A stretch of DNA of 64,000 nt from positions 124,001 through 188,000 of the forward strand of contig JAANOX010000224.1 in NCBI GenBank assembly GCA_020184695.1. The letters run 5' to 3'. The notes beneath the pieces were generated by a model. It searched no databases. It had not been told where the DNA came from and saw only the letters and a program-made list of their open reading frames with translations. The translations under genes were made by a program, and so were the position numbers. Every line of letters starts with the position of its first letter. The first letter of the stretch is position 1. This DNA is from Histomonas meleagridis 2922-C6/04-290x (taxonomy: Eukaryota > Protista > Parabasalia). Shown here piece after piece: positions 21,472-33,488 of this stretch.

Positions 21472-21701
21472 TTAACTGAATTATCAAATGAATAAATATT
21501 TATTGTTTGTTGATATATATGTATATATATAATAAAATATATTAACTTCATATGTATGTGTTGTATGTCCTATTCACTGAAAGGAGACTGTTCTTAAGAA
21601 CAATAAATCTTCTTCAATTTACGAAACACGAATCACATATTACAATGAATCATATTTAACATGTTACCAAACAAATTCTTTATTTAATCATCACAATTTA
21701 T

Positions 21702-24700
21702 TTAATAATCGATAATCATACATTGTATCTTATTTCCAACCCTTACAGCGCACGAAGCCTCTGTTGGATGCAAAGAGAATGCGTCAGGCACTCCTGGGAA
21801 GTCCTGCACTTCGGGTTGCTCCAAGTTATTCTCGTCCTCGAACAAGAACGACCGCAACTTATTTCCATAGCATCCCACAGCGAAAGGCAGATACTTATGG
21901 ATTTCGAATTGCTGTATTGGCAATTGCGTACAAATTTTATTCGGAAGTGTTTCCATCATTCGCATATCGATGATTGACACATATTTTTCGTGCGCAGTCA
22001 TTAAGTACAACGGCATTGCCAATGTACAATTACAATTCACTAAATCGACGCCACAGCCATCGATTTTAGCGACGGCCTTTTTTTCACGCACGTCAAATAT
22101 CGACAAATCATTCTGCGCGATATAAAACAAAGAAGAATATGAATTTAACCATTTCATATTATGTATATTAATACGTGGAATTCGAATATCGATAATTTTC
22201 TGTTGTGTTTCAATGTCGAATATATGAGCCATCGATTTACCTGTCGAATGTAATATTTGGAATGAACTTGAATTGTAATCAGCTATAGCATTATTACATA
22301 TATCGGGTGGCGTCATCCAAAATGAGACAACTGAATCTTCAATGATATTAACATCTCGAACAATAACTTGTGATTTATTACTTATTGCTAATAATTTCAT
22401 GTCGTCAATGTATTGTAAATATGAAATTGTTTTATTCGTTTCAATACTAATGTTAAATAAAGGTTTAAATCTTGTTGTTAATGAAGATTTAAAGATTTTG
22501 TTCGAAACAAAATCATCATAAACTATAATACCACTATCCATAACTTGACTATGAATATTACCATAGATATCACCACATGCAAATAGTCCAGATGGAGAAA
22601 ATGCAGGAATTCCAATTAATGTTGATTCGACATTCATTGCTTTCGATGAGAATATTGGCGGATTTAAGTTAGACGCAGTACTTTCGACGATTTTAGTTAA
22701 ACAAGAATTCGTTAAATTACTTTCAAGTGGTTGTACATTTTTATCATCGAATTTATTTGATAAAAATAATAAAAACTCAAATAATCGTTCTTTGACTCTC
22801 CGTGATGGTTCGAATTGTAATATTTGTAATTCATGTCCTAATAATGTAACTAATGGATTATTCGCTTTATCATCTCTCCATTCACTTAAATAGTTTTGTA
22901 ATGACGCTAAAAATTGTGGGTTCTCATTACTTAATGCATGTGATAAAGCTACAAGTGATTCTTCACGAACTAATTGATATGGATCATTTAATGATAATAT
23001 TAAATCATAATATAATTCAGTTCGTAATCGTTCATCAACATTAATGCTTGAATTCATTGTAGTTGTAATACGTGATACAAATGTAGCTCGACATAATGGT
23101 GCTTTTTCATCACAAATCTTTTTAACAGGAAATTCTAATGGAACTTTCATATTAGATAACATTAAATGTGATAATGTACGAATTTTAGTTTCATTATGAT
23201 TAACTAATTCTTGTAAACGTGTCTCTAAGTTTTGTGAATGATATAATTCTAACTTTTGTGGATCAGTAGAAAATAATAATAAAAATGATAAAGAAGCTAT
23301 AATTAATTCTTCATTATTTGATTTAATATGTTCTAACCAAAATAATACCATATGCTCAAACGACTTTTTCATTGATTTATCGAAAAGAGCGCAATTTACT
23401 ATTAAATAAGAAAAATATGTAATCGTTTCAGGGTCTTGTAAATCTTCTAAAATATTTGATTTTAATAGAATAGAAAATGCTCTAGTGTTTAAAAACTGAG
23501 ATACAGCAGATCTAGAGCTTCTAACATAATTAGAACAGAATTTTATAGAATTAGCTCTAAATTCAGGTATAAATAATAACAATTCTAAAAATGGTAACTC
23601 ATCAGGTACAGGTCGTCCTTTGGCAGGGAATAACATCCACGTTTGAAGTTTCCTAACTTGTTCTTCAAGTAATTCGGACATACTAAACAAGTTAGTTGGC
23701 GATGGATTTAAACTTTCTTTAATCGAATATAATGCACGATCTACTTGTAAATCAAATGAATCCCATAAAGGATGATAAGTTAAGTCAGGTAAAGCAGGTT
23801 CTGATATTGGTAATGTCGAAACAGATTTCATCATTCTAACAGCAAATATAAAATTAGTGAATAAACTTGATAAAAACTTATTTTGTCTAAAACAAGAATA
23901 AAACAATTGTAAGTTATCTTGTAATGATTCATAAGCCATTTTATCGACATATGAAACTAACGCTTGCTCAAGTAATGATAACATATCATTAGCACATTCG
24001 GAATCATTAAATAAGTCGATCATTGATTGTAAATCAATTTCGGATAATAAACCACTTCGAATATCAGAATAATTTTGTGTTTGCCATAACAATGCGACTT
24101 TTGCAGGTGTTAACATGCATGATGTAAATAAGTCACATGGTAATCGTGGGGTATATAATAATGAGCCAGAAGTTGCTGCAAATATTATATAGTTTTGATG
24201 TAAATTACTAAGGACATCTAAGGCCTTCTTGGCAAAATTACAGTCTAATATAAAAATAGCACTTCGATCAATTTCATCGCGGAGACGTTTAAGCCCATCA
24301 ATGTCATCATGAATCGGTGGCTGTTGTGTCATTTGAAAATATTGCTTGCTTTGATTAATTGAAGTGGTTTCTTGATAGTTATGTAATTCATTGTTACTTA
24401 ATGATGTTTTAAGTGAAGTTTTAAGTTTGCTCTTAGATTGGGAAACTGTGGGAGTCATACGTGACTTTTGTGATAGAGTTGGATCAAGAACATGATAAAC
24501 TAATAATTCAGAATCTTTAAGGGGAAGATGACTTCGATTACCAACAGATACTGATTGAAATGAAATGGAAAATTGACATTGATCATCACGAATTAATGTA
24601 CGATATTCTTTTTCAACACCAGATTTGACTGTCTTGGTGGCCATCTTAACATCAAGGGCTGAAACATCATTCCAACATAAAACTTTAGGTGGTAATGATT

Positions 24701-24914
24701 CTTCATCAAATGCATATTGTTGTATCGAGGCAAAATCATCTGTTATCTTACAAAGAACATGAATTGAAGGAGCATGTAATGAAATTTGTGGAATATGAAT
24801 ATCAACAGATGGTCGAGTATTGACATAATTGTTAGGAAATGGCTTCCATGTTGCAGTGGTTTCTTGATCAGTTAATAATTCTATTTTTGATTTCCAATCA
24901 AGTTCTTGATTCAT
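21702..24914 (-). CDS. RPTOR: Raptor/KOG1-like TORC1 subunit
   Basis: RNC-domain motifs LDCNFA, LPCDLFTSCMLTP, LPDLTYHPLWDSFDL, EQV..LQTWM, PDELPFL, followed by HEAT repeats and a WD40 C-terminus. Confidence 0.88.
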   Translation of the reverse strand: MNQELDWKSKIELLTDQETTATWKPFPNNYVNTRPSVDIHIPQISLHAPSIHVLCKITDDFASIQQYAFDEESLPPKVLCWNDVSALDVKMATKTVKSGVEKEYRTLIRDDQCQFSISFQSVSVGNRSHLPLKDSELLVYHVLDPTLSQKSRMTPTVSQSKSKLKTSLKTSLSNNELHNYQETTSINQSKQYFQMTQQPPIHDDIDGLKRLRDEIDRSAIFILDCNFAKKALDVLSNLHQNYIIFAATSGSLLYTPRLPCDLFTSCMLTPAKVALLWQTQNYSDIRSGLLSEIDLQSMIDLFNDSECANDMLSLLEQALVSYVDKMAYESLQDNLQLFYSCFRQNKFLSSLFTNFIFAVRMMKSVSTLPISEPALPDLTYHPLWDSFDLQVDRALYSIKESLNPSPTNLFSMSELLEEQVRKLQTWMLFPAKGRPVPDELPFLELLLFIPEFRANSIKFCSNYVRSSRSAVSQFLNTRAFSILLKSNILEDLQDPETITYFSYLIVNCALFDKSMKKSFEHMVLFWLEHIKSNNEELIIASLSFLLLFSTDPQKLELYHSQNLETRLQELVNHNETKIRTLSHLMLSNMKVPLEFPVKKICDEKAPLCRATFVSRITTTMNSSINVDERLRTELYYDLILSLNDPYQLVREESLVALSHALSNENPQFLASLQNYLSEWRDDKANNPLVTLLGHELQILQFEPSRRVKERLFEFLLFLSNKFDDKNVQPLESNLTNSCLTKIVESTASNLNPPIFSSKAMNVESTLIGIPAFSPSGLFACGDIYGNIHSQVMDSGIIVYDDFVSNKIFKSSLTTRFKPLFNISIETNKTISYLQYIDDMKLLAISNKSQVIVRDVNIIEDSVVSFWMTPPDICNNAIADYNSSSFQILHSTGKSMAHIFDIETQQKIIDIRIPRINIHNMKWLNSYSSLFYIAQNDLSIFDVREKKAVAKIDGCGVDLVNCNCTLAMPLYLMTAHEKYVSIIDMRMMETLPNKICTQLPIQQFEIHKYLPFAVGCYGNKLRSFLFEDENNLEQPEVQDFPGVPDAFSLHPTEASCAVRVGNKIQCMIIDY

Positions 24915-25129
24915 TTAATTGTACGTTGTCGAATTTGTTTTCATTCAAATAATAAAATATTTCTATATAAAAAATTGACAAAACATTTACAAGAATATAA
25001 AAACAGAACATTCGTATACAATATTTTTACTAATTAACAAATGTGCACATAATCCGATTTGGGCGTGTTGATTATTTTTTGTGCAATGTTGAAATTAATT
25101 AATTTTTTTCGGATCTAAAATTAAATTTT

Positions 25130-25726
25130 TCAAAAATCTTTCACACTATTTTGGGAGCATTCAAGGAGACTTCTGTTTGCTTGTTCTATGGATCTTTGTA
25201 GTCTTATTCCAATAGATTGTGATATTAACACTTTGTTAGAAAGATTTTTTTTGGTATTTTTACTTACTTCAATTGCTTTCGTAATGTTTGAAATTTGTTG
25301 AAGTATGTTTTCCTTTGTAGTCTGTGATTGTAAAATAATTTCTTGATGTTCATCTATTTTAGAATTGAATTTTTCAATTACCCTTAGAGTGTCTTCTTGC
25401 TTGTTTTGTATTTGCTGGAGTTTACAACGAAAATTTTCTATTTTTTTTGATTGCAATTCGTTTAACTTTTGTGCTCTTTCTGTTTGCATACGCTGTTTGA
25501 ATGTTTTAGCGCTTTCAATAGGTGCTGGGCCAATAAGTATTTCTTTGATTATTGATTCTAAATTTACAATTTGTTTTTTATTTTTAAATGCTTCATCATA
25601 ACATAATGAAATAATTTTTCTGTCAAGTGTTTGAACTAATTTCCGATATGCTTTTATAGAATGTATTTCTGCCTTTATCTGTGCATTTTCAGCTATTTGA
25701 TCTAAAAATTGCTCTGTTTCACTCAT
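25130..25726 (-). CDS. Hypothetical coiled-coil protein
   Basis: 198-aa ATG-initiated ORF with heptad-like Q/K/E/I composition. Confidence 0.7.
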   Translation of the reverse strand: MSETEQFLDQIAENAQIKAEIHSIKAYRKLVQTLDRKIISLCYDEAFKNKKQIVNLESIIKEILIGPAPIESAKTFKQRMQTERAQKLNELQSKKIENFRCKLQQIQNKQEDTLRVIEKFNSKIDEHQEIILQSQTTKENILQQISNITKAIEVSKNTKKNLSNKVLISQSIGIRLQRSIEQANRSLLECSQNSVKDF

Positions 25727-25903
25727 TTAAAATAAACGTACGCGAAATGTTTTACTATTTCTCCATATGTATTATCATCATCAATAAAATTTATAGAACT
25801 GATATAGAGCAATGAAGATGAAAATATATTTAAAAAAGAAAAATAGATACATCACATTATTTTTTTATTCATGAAGACAATTTATTTGAAAAGTGTCTTA
25901 AAA

Positions 25904-27364
25904 TTAATCCTTAAATATTTCATTTTCAAACATAGAATGAAAGTGCCGCGCATATGTTATCAACTTATCAACTGATTCACCACCAAATTCTTTTTTTATT
26001 TTTTGAAATCTTCTTAAGAAAATTGTTTCATTTGGCACTTGTATATTATCTATTTCATCTTTAAGTAATATTAATAACGAAACCACAAAACATTTAAAGA
26101 AATGGAATATATCATTATATTGTGCGATTTCGTTCCAAATCTTTTGCAAGTCACTTGCTTTAAACATGTATAAAAACCAATTAGAACAATCTTCCACCAT
26201 AAAATCCAACGATATAATGTCTTTCTGAATTAGATAAGGAATAACAGATGGTAACATTTTGCAGAAAAATAATGTAACACGTAATAACGCCGTGGAAAAT
26301 AATTTTTGCATTCGAAGACTATTAAAATCAGAAAATAACCCGAAAATATAAATGTAATTCAGTGTTTGGAAGAGATGTTTTTCGCATAAGTCTTGTTTGC
26401 TTTGATCGAAATCTTTTCCAAACTCAGAAACATACGCATCCAAAATTACATATAAAAATCGTACATTATCACATAAGAATTTGGACCCATCCCAATTATA
26501 ATGTACATATGTTAAAATTACGTTGTGCATTATTTCACGAAGTACTTCTTCTTCATTTAGTTCAGGTATTTTAGATATATTAGTGTCAACTTTTTCAACA
26601 ATTTCTTTGAAGACTTTTTGATTTTCTAGAATTGGTTCATATTTTTTATCAAACATTTGCTTCCAGTTATCCCGAATTTGAATATAATCGGCATTGCATT
26701 CAAATTTGGGATTTTTGAATGTATCGGTAAGTGAAGTGAACCTTTTTTGTTCGTTTAAAGGTGAAAATTCTTTTATAACCTTAAAGCCCTCGATTGTTTG
26801 TATAATATCACCAATAGGATCAGGTGGCATAGAATTTTGTGGAATTAGAAATGTGGTATGTGCATTTGATGGACCACGATCAAATGGATTGATTAAATAA
26901 CAATATGGCATTGAATGATATGAAATGACTTGGTACTTTTGTTTAAGAAATATTATGAAATCAGATAAAATTTGGTGTAAATTGAAAGAAGTTTCATTAT
27001 TATCAATTTCAGATCGAATACCAACGATCTTGAAAAACAAAGGAGACTTTTTATTTGATTTTTGCTTGGATTGTGGGTATATTTTATTATTGAGAATTTG
27101 CGGACCTTTTTCAAAATCATCGAAAATTACATAAACTTCATGATTTTTTAAAACAATTTTGTAGCAAAAATATTGAGCCAATTCTCTAACTTGGTCGGGA
27201 GAGCTTCCTCTTGGAATTTTATCATTTTTATCATCAAGATTTCTTTTATAAAAATTTAAGTAAACACTTCCATTAACTGTGTTTAATAATATAATGCCTG
27301 GTAATGTTTGTGAATTTTCGAAATGAACTTCAGCTCGAAATTGGAGAGTGTTTTGAGCCGACAT
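25904..27364 (-). CDS. Degenerate TBC (Rab-GAP)-like protein
   Basis: ILTYVHYN, LPSVIPYLIQKDIISLDF and WFLYMFKASDLQKIWNEI resemble the TBC1D15/Gyp7 C-terminal half. ATG at 27364. Confidence 0.55.
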   Translation of the reverse strand: MSAQNTLQFRAEVHFENSQTLPGIILLNTVNGSVYLNFYKRNLDDKNDKIPRGSSPDQVRELAQYFCYKIVLKNHEVYVIFDDFEKGPQILNNKIYPQSKQKSNKKSPLFFKIVGIRSEIDNNETSFNLHQILSDFIIFLKQKYQVISYHSMPYCYLINPFDRGPSNAHTTFLIPQNSMPPDPIGDIIQTIEGFKVIKEFSPLNEQKRFTSLTDTFKNPKFECNADYIQIRDNWKQMFDKKYEPILENQKVFKEIVEKVDTNISKIPELNEEEVLREIMHNVILTYVHYNWDGSKFLCDNVRFLYVILDAYVSEFGKDFDQSKQDLCEKHLFQTLNYIYIFGLFSDFNSLRMQKLFSTALLRVTLFFCKMLPSVIPYLIQKDIISLDFMVEDCSNWFLYMFKASDLQKIWNEIAQYNDIFHFFKCFVVSLLILLKDEIDNIQVPNETIFLRRFQKIKKEFGGESVDKLITYARHFHSMFENEIFKD

Positions 27365-27649
27365 TTTTTTCAACCGTTTAAAAAATTCATCACATAAAAA
27401 TTAACTGAGTGTGTTAGCTATGTTTTTCAACTGCTTCCAGAAATGGACAATAAAAAATTCATTTTTCGTGTATATTATTATAATTTTAGTCATATGTTGT
27501 ACATAGAGTTTCATTATTTTCGCATTTTTTCTAAATATATATTATGACAAATTAATCAATTTTCGATGAGTTTTAACTTGCAGAATTTCCATAAAATTAA
27601 AAAATAAAATATAATTTACACAAATTCATAAAAATATTTTGACCCAAAG

Positions 27650-29830
27650 TCAATTGTTGATTTCTTTCATATTCTTGATCAAAACCGAAATGAAAGAAGC
27701 AATAGTCTGTAAGAATAACATATCTTTCTCCTTGAATGATCCATGGATCTTATTTACCAATTCCACCACTCCAAGTATTTCACCTTTTGCACATGTAATT
27801 GGAGCAACGCATAAAGATGTTGTCTTAAATCCTGTTTGGCCATCGATTTCTCTGTTAAACCTTTTGTCATTATAAGGGTCATTAACAAAGAGACTATTTT
27901 TAGTTTCTGCGCACACACCAATGATTCCGCTCGATAACGGTATCGTCGGTGGCACTTTTCCGCCATCAATGACGTACGTTTGGAAAAGTTTGTTCTCATG
28001 ATCAATTAGAAAGATAGAAGCCCTACGAGAATCAAGCGCCTTTCGAGTATGAACAAGTATGTCTGTTAAAGCTTTTTGTATATCTTCATTTTTTGATATT
28101 GCATTAGAAATCCCAAAGAATAATCGAAGTTGATTCGACATCTCAACAGAATCTTTATATAGACGTGCGTTTTCAAGAGAAATACCACAGAAAACATTGA
28201 AAATTTGGATGATGTTCATATCCCATGTAGTAAAATCATTCCCGTCAAGTTTGTTAATCATTTCAGTAACACCAATTACTTCACCCCTTTGGTTAAAAAT
28301 AGGAACTGATAAGATAGATTTGGTATGATATCCATTCTTTAAATCTGTTTCTTTATCAAATGATTCATCCTCATACGCATTTGATATGTTTAACGCTTTA
28401 CCTTCGGTAACTGTTCTACCAACAATACCTTTTGTTATTGGAATATCAATACAATTCTTAAGACCGCGATGAAATGAAGTAATTAAATGATCTCTTTTTG
28501 GTGACACTAAAAAGAGAGAACATCGGTCTGCTTTTGTAAGATATCTACCTTTTTCCATAATAATCTCACTTAATCTTTCTGCGTCAAGTTGACCCGAAAT
28601 AATTTCTGCTACTTCTAATAAAGCCGACAACCCTTCTTTTTCAGCAGTTCTTTTTTCGAAGTCAAGTTGAATTTTGGAGAATTGAAATGAATCATGCACC
28701 GATAGAGCAATAAACGGCGCCATCTTTTTGAGAGTTTCTTCATCGTCTCTAGTAAAAAACGGGCGGTTTTTAGGGCGCCTCAAAACGATGGCGTAAAAAA
28801 TATGTTTTTCTCTGTAAACAGGAATTGCAATTAAAGGATCGCCATTTTCACCATCATGTAATGAATTATATGAAGGGTTTTCTTTTGTGTTCATTATGTT
28901 TATTATTGTTTCTGATTCTAAAACTTTTTCAACAATTCCGCCTTCGCCAATTTGTATATCTTCTTGTTTCTCAGTATATTTGTTAATTTTTTTCTTTCCT
29001 TTATCATATGTCCAAACTTCACATGTTTTACAATCGAAAAGATTACTTATTCTCTTTAAAAATGATGGAAGTTGATCTTGTGTAGTTCGAAGTTGAAGTA
29101 AATCTAATAGAATTGGTTCTTGAATGTTTTGATTTAAGAAATAGCGGCTCATGATTTGAAACTTATGTTGGAAAAAAGTTACAAAGTTTTGATCATTTTG
29201 ATTAAATGGTTCAGACCCAAAATCACGTGAAAGTGTAATTATTGCATACAACGCATTTTGATTGTCAAGAATGGGGAAAATCATGGATGGAGTTCCACTC
29301 ATAGAGTATAGTGAATCTGTAGTTGCATCATAAGATGGATGTTTTTCTGGATTATTTGTAATAATAATTGTTTTTTTGGAATAGACCTCTGAAAAAAGGC
29401 CAGTCGAATTTTTGATAAATATGCTCTTCCTTGGTGAGAAAAAGACATCAAGAGAAGGAATATTAACCCAACAAATTCCTTGACTGCAATTTAAATTTTC
29501 TTTAAAACATCTTTCAATAGCTTCATATACAGAGGTTTCAGTAACTCCCTTAATAAAATCCTCGAAAAATCTGTCAAATAAAACATATTGAGAATCATTA
29601 ATTTTTTTCGGATGTACATTTTCTTCTTCCACTCTAACTGATAATTTTGTTAAACGAGGGAGTTTTGCTTGCGAATTGTCTGGAGTCTTATTTTGATTAT
29701 TTTTATAATTTTGTGTGACAATAAAAGGATGAAATTTCTCGATCGAAACTCCATTTCCATGTACTGTGATGCTTGGTTGGTAATTAAAATTTTGTCCTTT
29801 TATACGATATGCCTTCGTTTGGTAAGACAT
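27650..29830 (-). CDS. Multi-GAF-domain protein
   Basis: PDE-type GAF motifs ADRCSLFLV, GIVGRTV..G..LNI.NAYED..F...D...GY.TKSILSVPI, NKFDE-like NKLDG and NKIHG. No catalytic domain follows. Confidence 0.9.
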   Translation of the reverse strand: MSYQTKAYRIKGQNFNYQPSITVHGNGVSIEKFHPFIVTQNYKNNQNKTPDNSQAKLPRLTKLSVRVEEENVHPKKINDSQYVLFDRFFEDFIKGVTETSVYEAIERCFKENLNCSQGICWVNIPSLDVFFSPRKSIFIKNSTGLFSEVYSKKTIIITNNPEKHPSYDATTDSLYSMSGTPSMIFPILDNQNALYAIITLSRDFGSEPFNQNDQNFVTFFQHKFQIMSRYFLNQNIQEPILLDLLQLRTTQDQLPSFLKRISNLFDCKTCEVWTYDKGKKKINKYTEKQEDIQIGEGGIVEKVLESETIINIMNTKENPSYNSLHDGENGDPLIAIPVYREKHIFYAIVLRRPKNRPFFTRDDEETLKKMAPFIALSVHDSFQFSKIQLDFEKRTAEKEGLSALLEVAEIISGQLDAERLSEIIMEKGRYLTKADRCSLFLVSPKRDHLITSFHRGLKNCIDIPITKGIVGRTVTEGKALNISNAYEDESFDKETDLKNGYHTKSILSVPIFNQRGEVIGVTEMINKLDGNDFTTWDMNIIQIFNVFCGISLENARLYKDSVEMSNQLRLFFGISNAISKNEDIQKALTDILVHTRKALDSRRASIFLIDHENKLFQTYVIDGGKVPPTIPLSSGIIGVCAETKNSLFVNDPYNDKRFNREIDGQTGFKTTSLCVAPITCAKGEILGVVELVNKIHGSFKEKDMLFLQTIASFISVLIKNMKEINN

Positions 29831-30223
29831 TCGTAAAATCCGTTATTTTGGAAAAAAATTTCTATCGTTCTTTAAATTTTCAGCCTAGAGTCACATCTCT
29901 TTGCTATTAACATAGTGTTAGGATGAATATTAGTGCGTTGTAGATATCTAAATGGTTTTTTTGCATGGTTTGTCATCATCCTGTGTTCAATTTTTTCATT
30001 TCTTTTACAAATATGTATTTACTATTTAACTTTTGCTATTGTATTATTAAATTTAAGAATATAATTTTATTGCAAATGTGAAGTAAAAGAATTATGAAAT
30101 TTTCGTAACACATTATAATTTTGTTTTAAGAATGATACAATAAAATAAAAACAAACAGAATTAATATTGCTATTTTACATAGTTTATTTATGTTTTAACT
30201 CTTAAAACATTTTACATATAAAA

Positions 30224-30610
30224 TTATTTGTGGTGAAGAGGAGGAAGATTTGAATGCTTACTCAATCCAATGCACCTTGCATGAACAAGATGTTGTCCTG
30301 GGTTTGAAGATGGAACGCTTGTTATGACTTTTAAAGATGATCCTGTTGATGTTTTTTCTGTTGATGCCACCGTTGCTGTTGTTGCAGCTGTTTTTGCTTT
30401 TGCAGTCTTTACTGTTGTCTTTGTAGATGATGCTGTTGTAGTTTTTGCTTTTGTTGTTGCAGCTGTTTTTGCTTTGGCATTTTTCTTTGGTGCTGCGGAT
30501 TTTGTAGGCTTTTTCTTTTTTGGTTCATCATCTGAAAAATCATCATCCGATGACTCTAATTCTTCATCAGAATCGTTCGAGTCTTCGAAGGAAAACTCCG
30601 AATCAGACAT
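30224..30610 (-). CDS. Small low-complexity protein (acidic N-terminus, K/A/T-rich middle)
   Basis: ATG-initiated ORF with strong coding-like codon periodicity. Confidence 0.7.
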   Translation of the reverse strand: MSDSEFSFEDSNDSDEELESSDDDFSDDEPKKKKPTKSAAPKKNAKAKTAATTKAKTTTASSTKTTVKTAKAKTAATTATVASTEKTSTGSSLKVITSVPSSNPGQHLVHARCIGLSKHSNLPPLHHK

Positions 30611-30783
30611 TTATCAACTAATATAATGCCATTTCTATTTTTATTCAATTTTTTGACTTTTCCCAGAATTTGGCGCCAAAATCGAAATCCAAGACATTTG
30701 ATGTGAAAAATAATTCGAATTTCCGCTCAGTAAAAGTGACAGTGGTTGCTCGTAAATTGACTAGGTTTGTTCCGAATAAAGAA

Positions 30784-31269
30784 ATGTTCGGAAACTTATT
30801 TAATCCAGCAGCGATGGCAGGAATGCCTGGAATGCAACAACCACCTCCACAAGAAGAAAAAGAAGAAGATGGAGGAGTTCCTCTTCCACCTGGTTTTACC
30901 AATAAAGTAACCGATTTTGAAAGTAAAGCTGGAAAAGCAAAAATCAAAAAAATTAATCAAAAGCTTGGTAACTCTATTGCATTCACACCACTTGTTACTT
31001 CTGTTTCTCCATGTATCATGCTTTTTATCATCAACAGTGTTTTCATGTCTTTCAATAACTTATGGACAGTTATTTCAAATGGATTTTCATCACTTTCTAC
31101 AGCAATTTCATCTAATCATCGTCTTTCAATACAAAATCGTCTTACAGCAATTGTAATTGGATTAGGTCTCATCCTTTTCGCACTTTGGCGAGGCTCAAAA
31201 CTTGGCTTTGTTGGTGGAAAGAACGAGCCTGTCATAGAACATACACCTTTCCTTATGGAACAAAGGTAA
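30784..31269 (+). CDS. Hypothetical two-TM membrane protein
   Basis: First ATG at 30784 (MFGNLFNPAAMAGMPGMQQPPP), two hydrophobic segments. Confidence 0.7.
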   Translation: MFGNLFNPAAMAGMPGMQQPPPQEEKEEDGGVPLPPGFTNKVTDFESKAGKAKIKKINQKLGNSIAFTPLVTSVSPCIMLFIINSVFMSFNNLWTVISNGFSSLSTAISSNHRLSIQNRLTAIVIGLGLILFALWRGSKLGFVGGKNEPVIEHTPFLMEQR

Positions 31270-31651
31270 GTATATAAATAAACATTCATTATCTCTTCAA
31301 ATACTGAAACTTTTAATGTTTTTATTAATTCGCTCAACTTATAATTTGTTTAACAATGAAATGTTTAACAAATTTCTATTTTATTAATTACAGTTTCTTT
31401 TTTTCAGGCTACACTATGTTCTGAAATTTTTTTGATTGTAATGATACAATTATAATGACTTAATTGTAAAACAATATTTTCTTTTTCAGATTTTTCATGT
31501 GTTCTGCAATTTTTTTGATAGTAATAATTCAATTCTTTTTTCCAATATCAATAAAATTAATTTGAAATATATTTAATTAACTAAATAATTGTTTCACACT
31601 ATTTAAAAAAATTTTATATCGTCTCAACTCTTAAAACATTTTTTTACTAAT

Positions 31652-32935
31652 TCACACAAAATTTTCATCATTTTCATCATCGCAACTCAATGTATTCAAT
31701 TTCATTCTCGTCGTTATATAGCTTCCGATCAGTCTTTCATCTATTTCCTCGTCATCACTGTCATCAGAGTCGAACAGCAGCCTTTCAGGCCTATCTGCCA
31801 GTATTTGCACATTCGGAGCGCACGGCATGTGCCTAATGTTTTCGGTAACTCTTTCCAATATTTCATTTAATTGTTCCGGCGTATTTAAGTTTTCCATATT
31901 CGAAGTTTCCAAATGTAATTTATAGTCAGGTCCATAATATCCCAAATACTCGTTGTACGGCAAATCGTTTGATATTTCCTCATCGAGTAAAACCGATGTT
32001 TCGTATGCCCAACAACGCGCTACGTTACGTACAGTATAACCACCTCCGCCTGTTACAAGTAATGGAATCCCAAAGCTTTTAACAAAACGGACACATTCAG
32101 CATGCCCTTTAATCGTTAAATTGAAACAACCTAAGCGATCGCCTGTTAATGAATCCCCGCCACATTGTAATAGGATCGCTTGTGGACAATACCATTGAAC
32201 AAGCTTAGATATAATGGGCTTAAATATGGACTCATAGCTCTCGTCATTCATGCCTTCTTTAAGTGGTACATTGACGGCGTAATGACGGCCACTTGAAACG
32301 CCAATGTCATCGATGTGACCAGTGCCCGGAAAAAAATCACCATATTTATGAAAGGATACTGTTAGGACGCGATCGGTGGTATAGAATGCTTCTTCGACTC
32401 CATCGCCATGGTGAATATCAATGTCAATATACATGACGCGATCAAATCGTTCGAGTAATGTAAGTATCCCTAAAACGCAATCGGCAACATAGCAAAAACC
32501 AGAGGCTTCCGAACGTTTGGCATGATGCAATCCACCTGCCCAATTAATTGATATGTCTGCCCGATTATCAATAAGCTCTTTGGCCGCACAGATTGAACCG
32601 CCTGCTGATATTTGACAGAACTCAAATAACCCTTCAAAGACAGGACAATCATCGCCAATATTAAACTTGTCGAATAAACCATTTTGATTGACAACATTAT
32701 CTGGAGTGGCCATTTGAAGAAAACGTATATAATCCTCGCTGTGAAATCTCATCATATCTTCCACTGATGCCTTACTTGGTTTAAGAACTTTCATCTTGGT
32801 GTTAAGATTGTATGCAAGAATTAGATCATGTGCCATTCTAATACGATGTGGTTTCATAGGATGTAATGGTGCGTAAAAGAAATTTCCAACATCGTTATCA
32901 TAAAAGTATGTTACTCTTTTTTTGGATTCCTGCAT
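31652..32935 (-). CDS. HDAC1: Class I histone deacetylase (HDAC1/Rpd3 family)
   Basis: [44 protein letters not shown]; acidic tail. Confidence 0.97.
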   Translation of the reverse strand: MQESKKRVTYFYDNDVGNFFYAPLHPMKPHRIRMAHDLILAYNLNTKMKVLKPSKASVEDMMRFHSEDYIRFLQMATPDNVVNQNGLFDKFNIGDDCPVFEGLFEFCQISAGGSICAAKELIDNRADISINWAGGLHHAKRSEASGFCYVADCVLGILTLLERFDRVMYIDIDIHHGDGVEEAFYTTDRVLTVSFHKYGDFFPGTGHIDDIGVSSGRHYAVNVPLKEGMNDESYESIFKPIISKLVQWYCPQAILLQCGGDSLTGDRLGCFNLTIKGHAECVRFVKSFGIPLLVTGGGGYTVRNVARCWAYETSVLLDEEISNDLPYNEYLGYYGPDYKLHLETSNMENLNTPEQLNEILERVTENIRHMPCAPNVQILADRPERLLFDSDDSDDEEIDERLIGSYITTRMKLNTLSCDDENDENFV

Positions 32936-33127
32936 TTTGTGAACTCAAGTTCCTCCCACACAAAATAATAAAAAATCTGTAAACTATTCAATTCCTTGAG
33001 GGTAAATTTTTTTTTTCGACTTGATTTTTCAAAAATAACAGAATGACATTATATTTATTAAATGAATTGAATCATTCAGTTTCCTGGTAAAATAATAATT
33101 TGATTCCAAAAAAGTAGTTACAAGCAG

Positions 33128-33244
33128 TTTTTAAAGTCGTTGCAGAAAGGTTTCCCAACGATAGAACCGAATGAATGAAAAATCATCGGATTTATATTCA
33201 AAAACTGAAGTGTTTGGGAAACCTTTCTGCAACTACTTTATAAA
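33128..33244. mobile_element. MITE-like inverted-repeat element
   Basis: Perfect 20-bp IR gttgcagaaaggtttcccaa at 33139-33158 and 33214-33233, extendable to 31 bp with 2 mismatches. TA dinucleotides flank 33134-33238. Confidence 0.6.
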
Positions 33245-33488
33245 TTTTGATGAGTATCAAAACCTACCAGGATTTATTATATCTATTTACTTGTGTGGTG
33301 GTACTTGGATAAGTGGGAAGGAATAATAAGTCCACGAAGAAATATAACTTTAAGCATAACCAAAGTAATATACTTTGCCAAATTCCTTTAATATTATACA
33401 ATTTGTTGAAAACAAAACAACGTAATATTATTATCACACCAAAACGAAATAATTCATATTTTTTTGTTTAATATTAATCCATTAATTA

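Noticed and set aside
31266-31393. Intron from GTAAGT at the stop of ORF 30784 to TACAG
   Set aside because: Poor branch-point match, and splicing would add only about ten residues.
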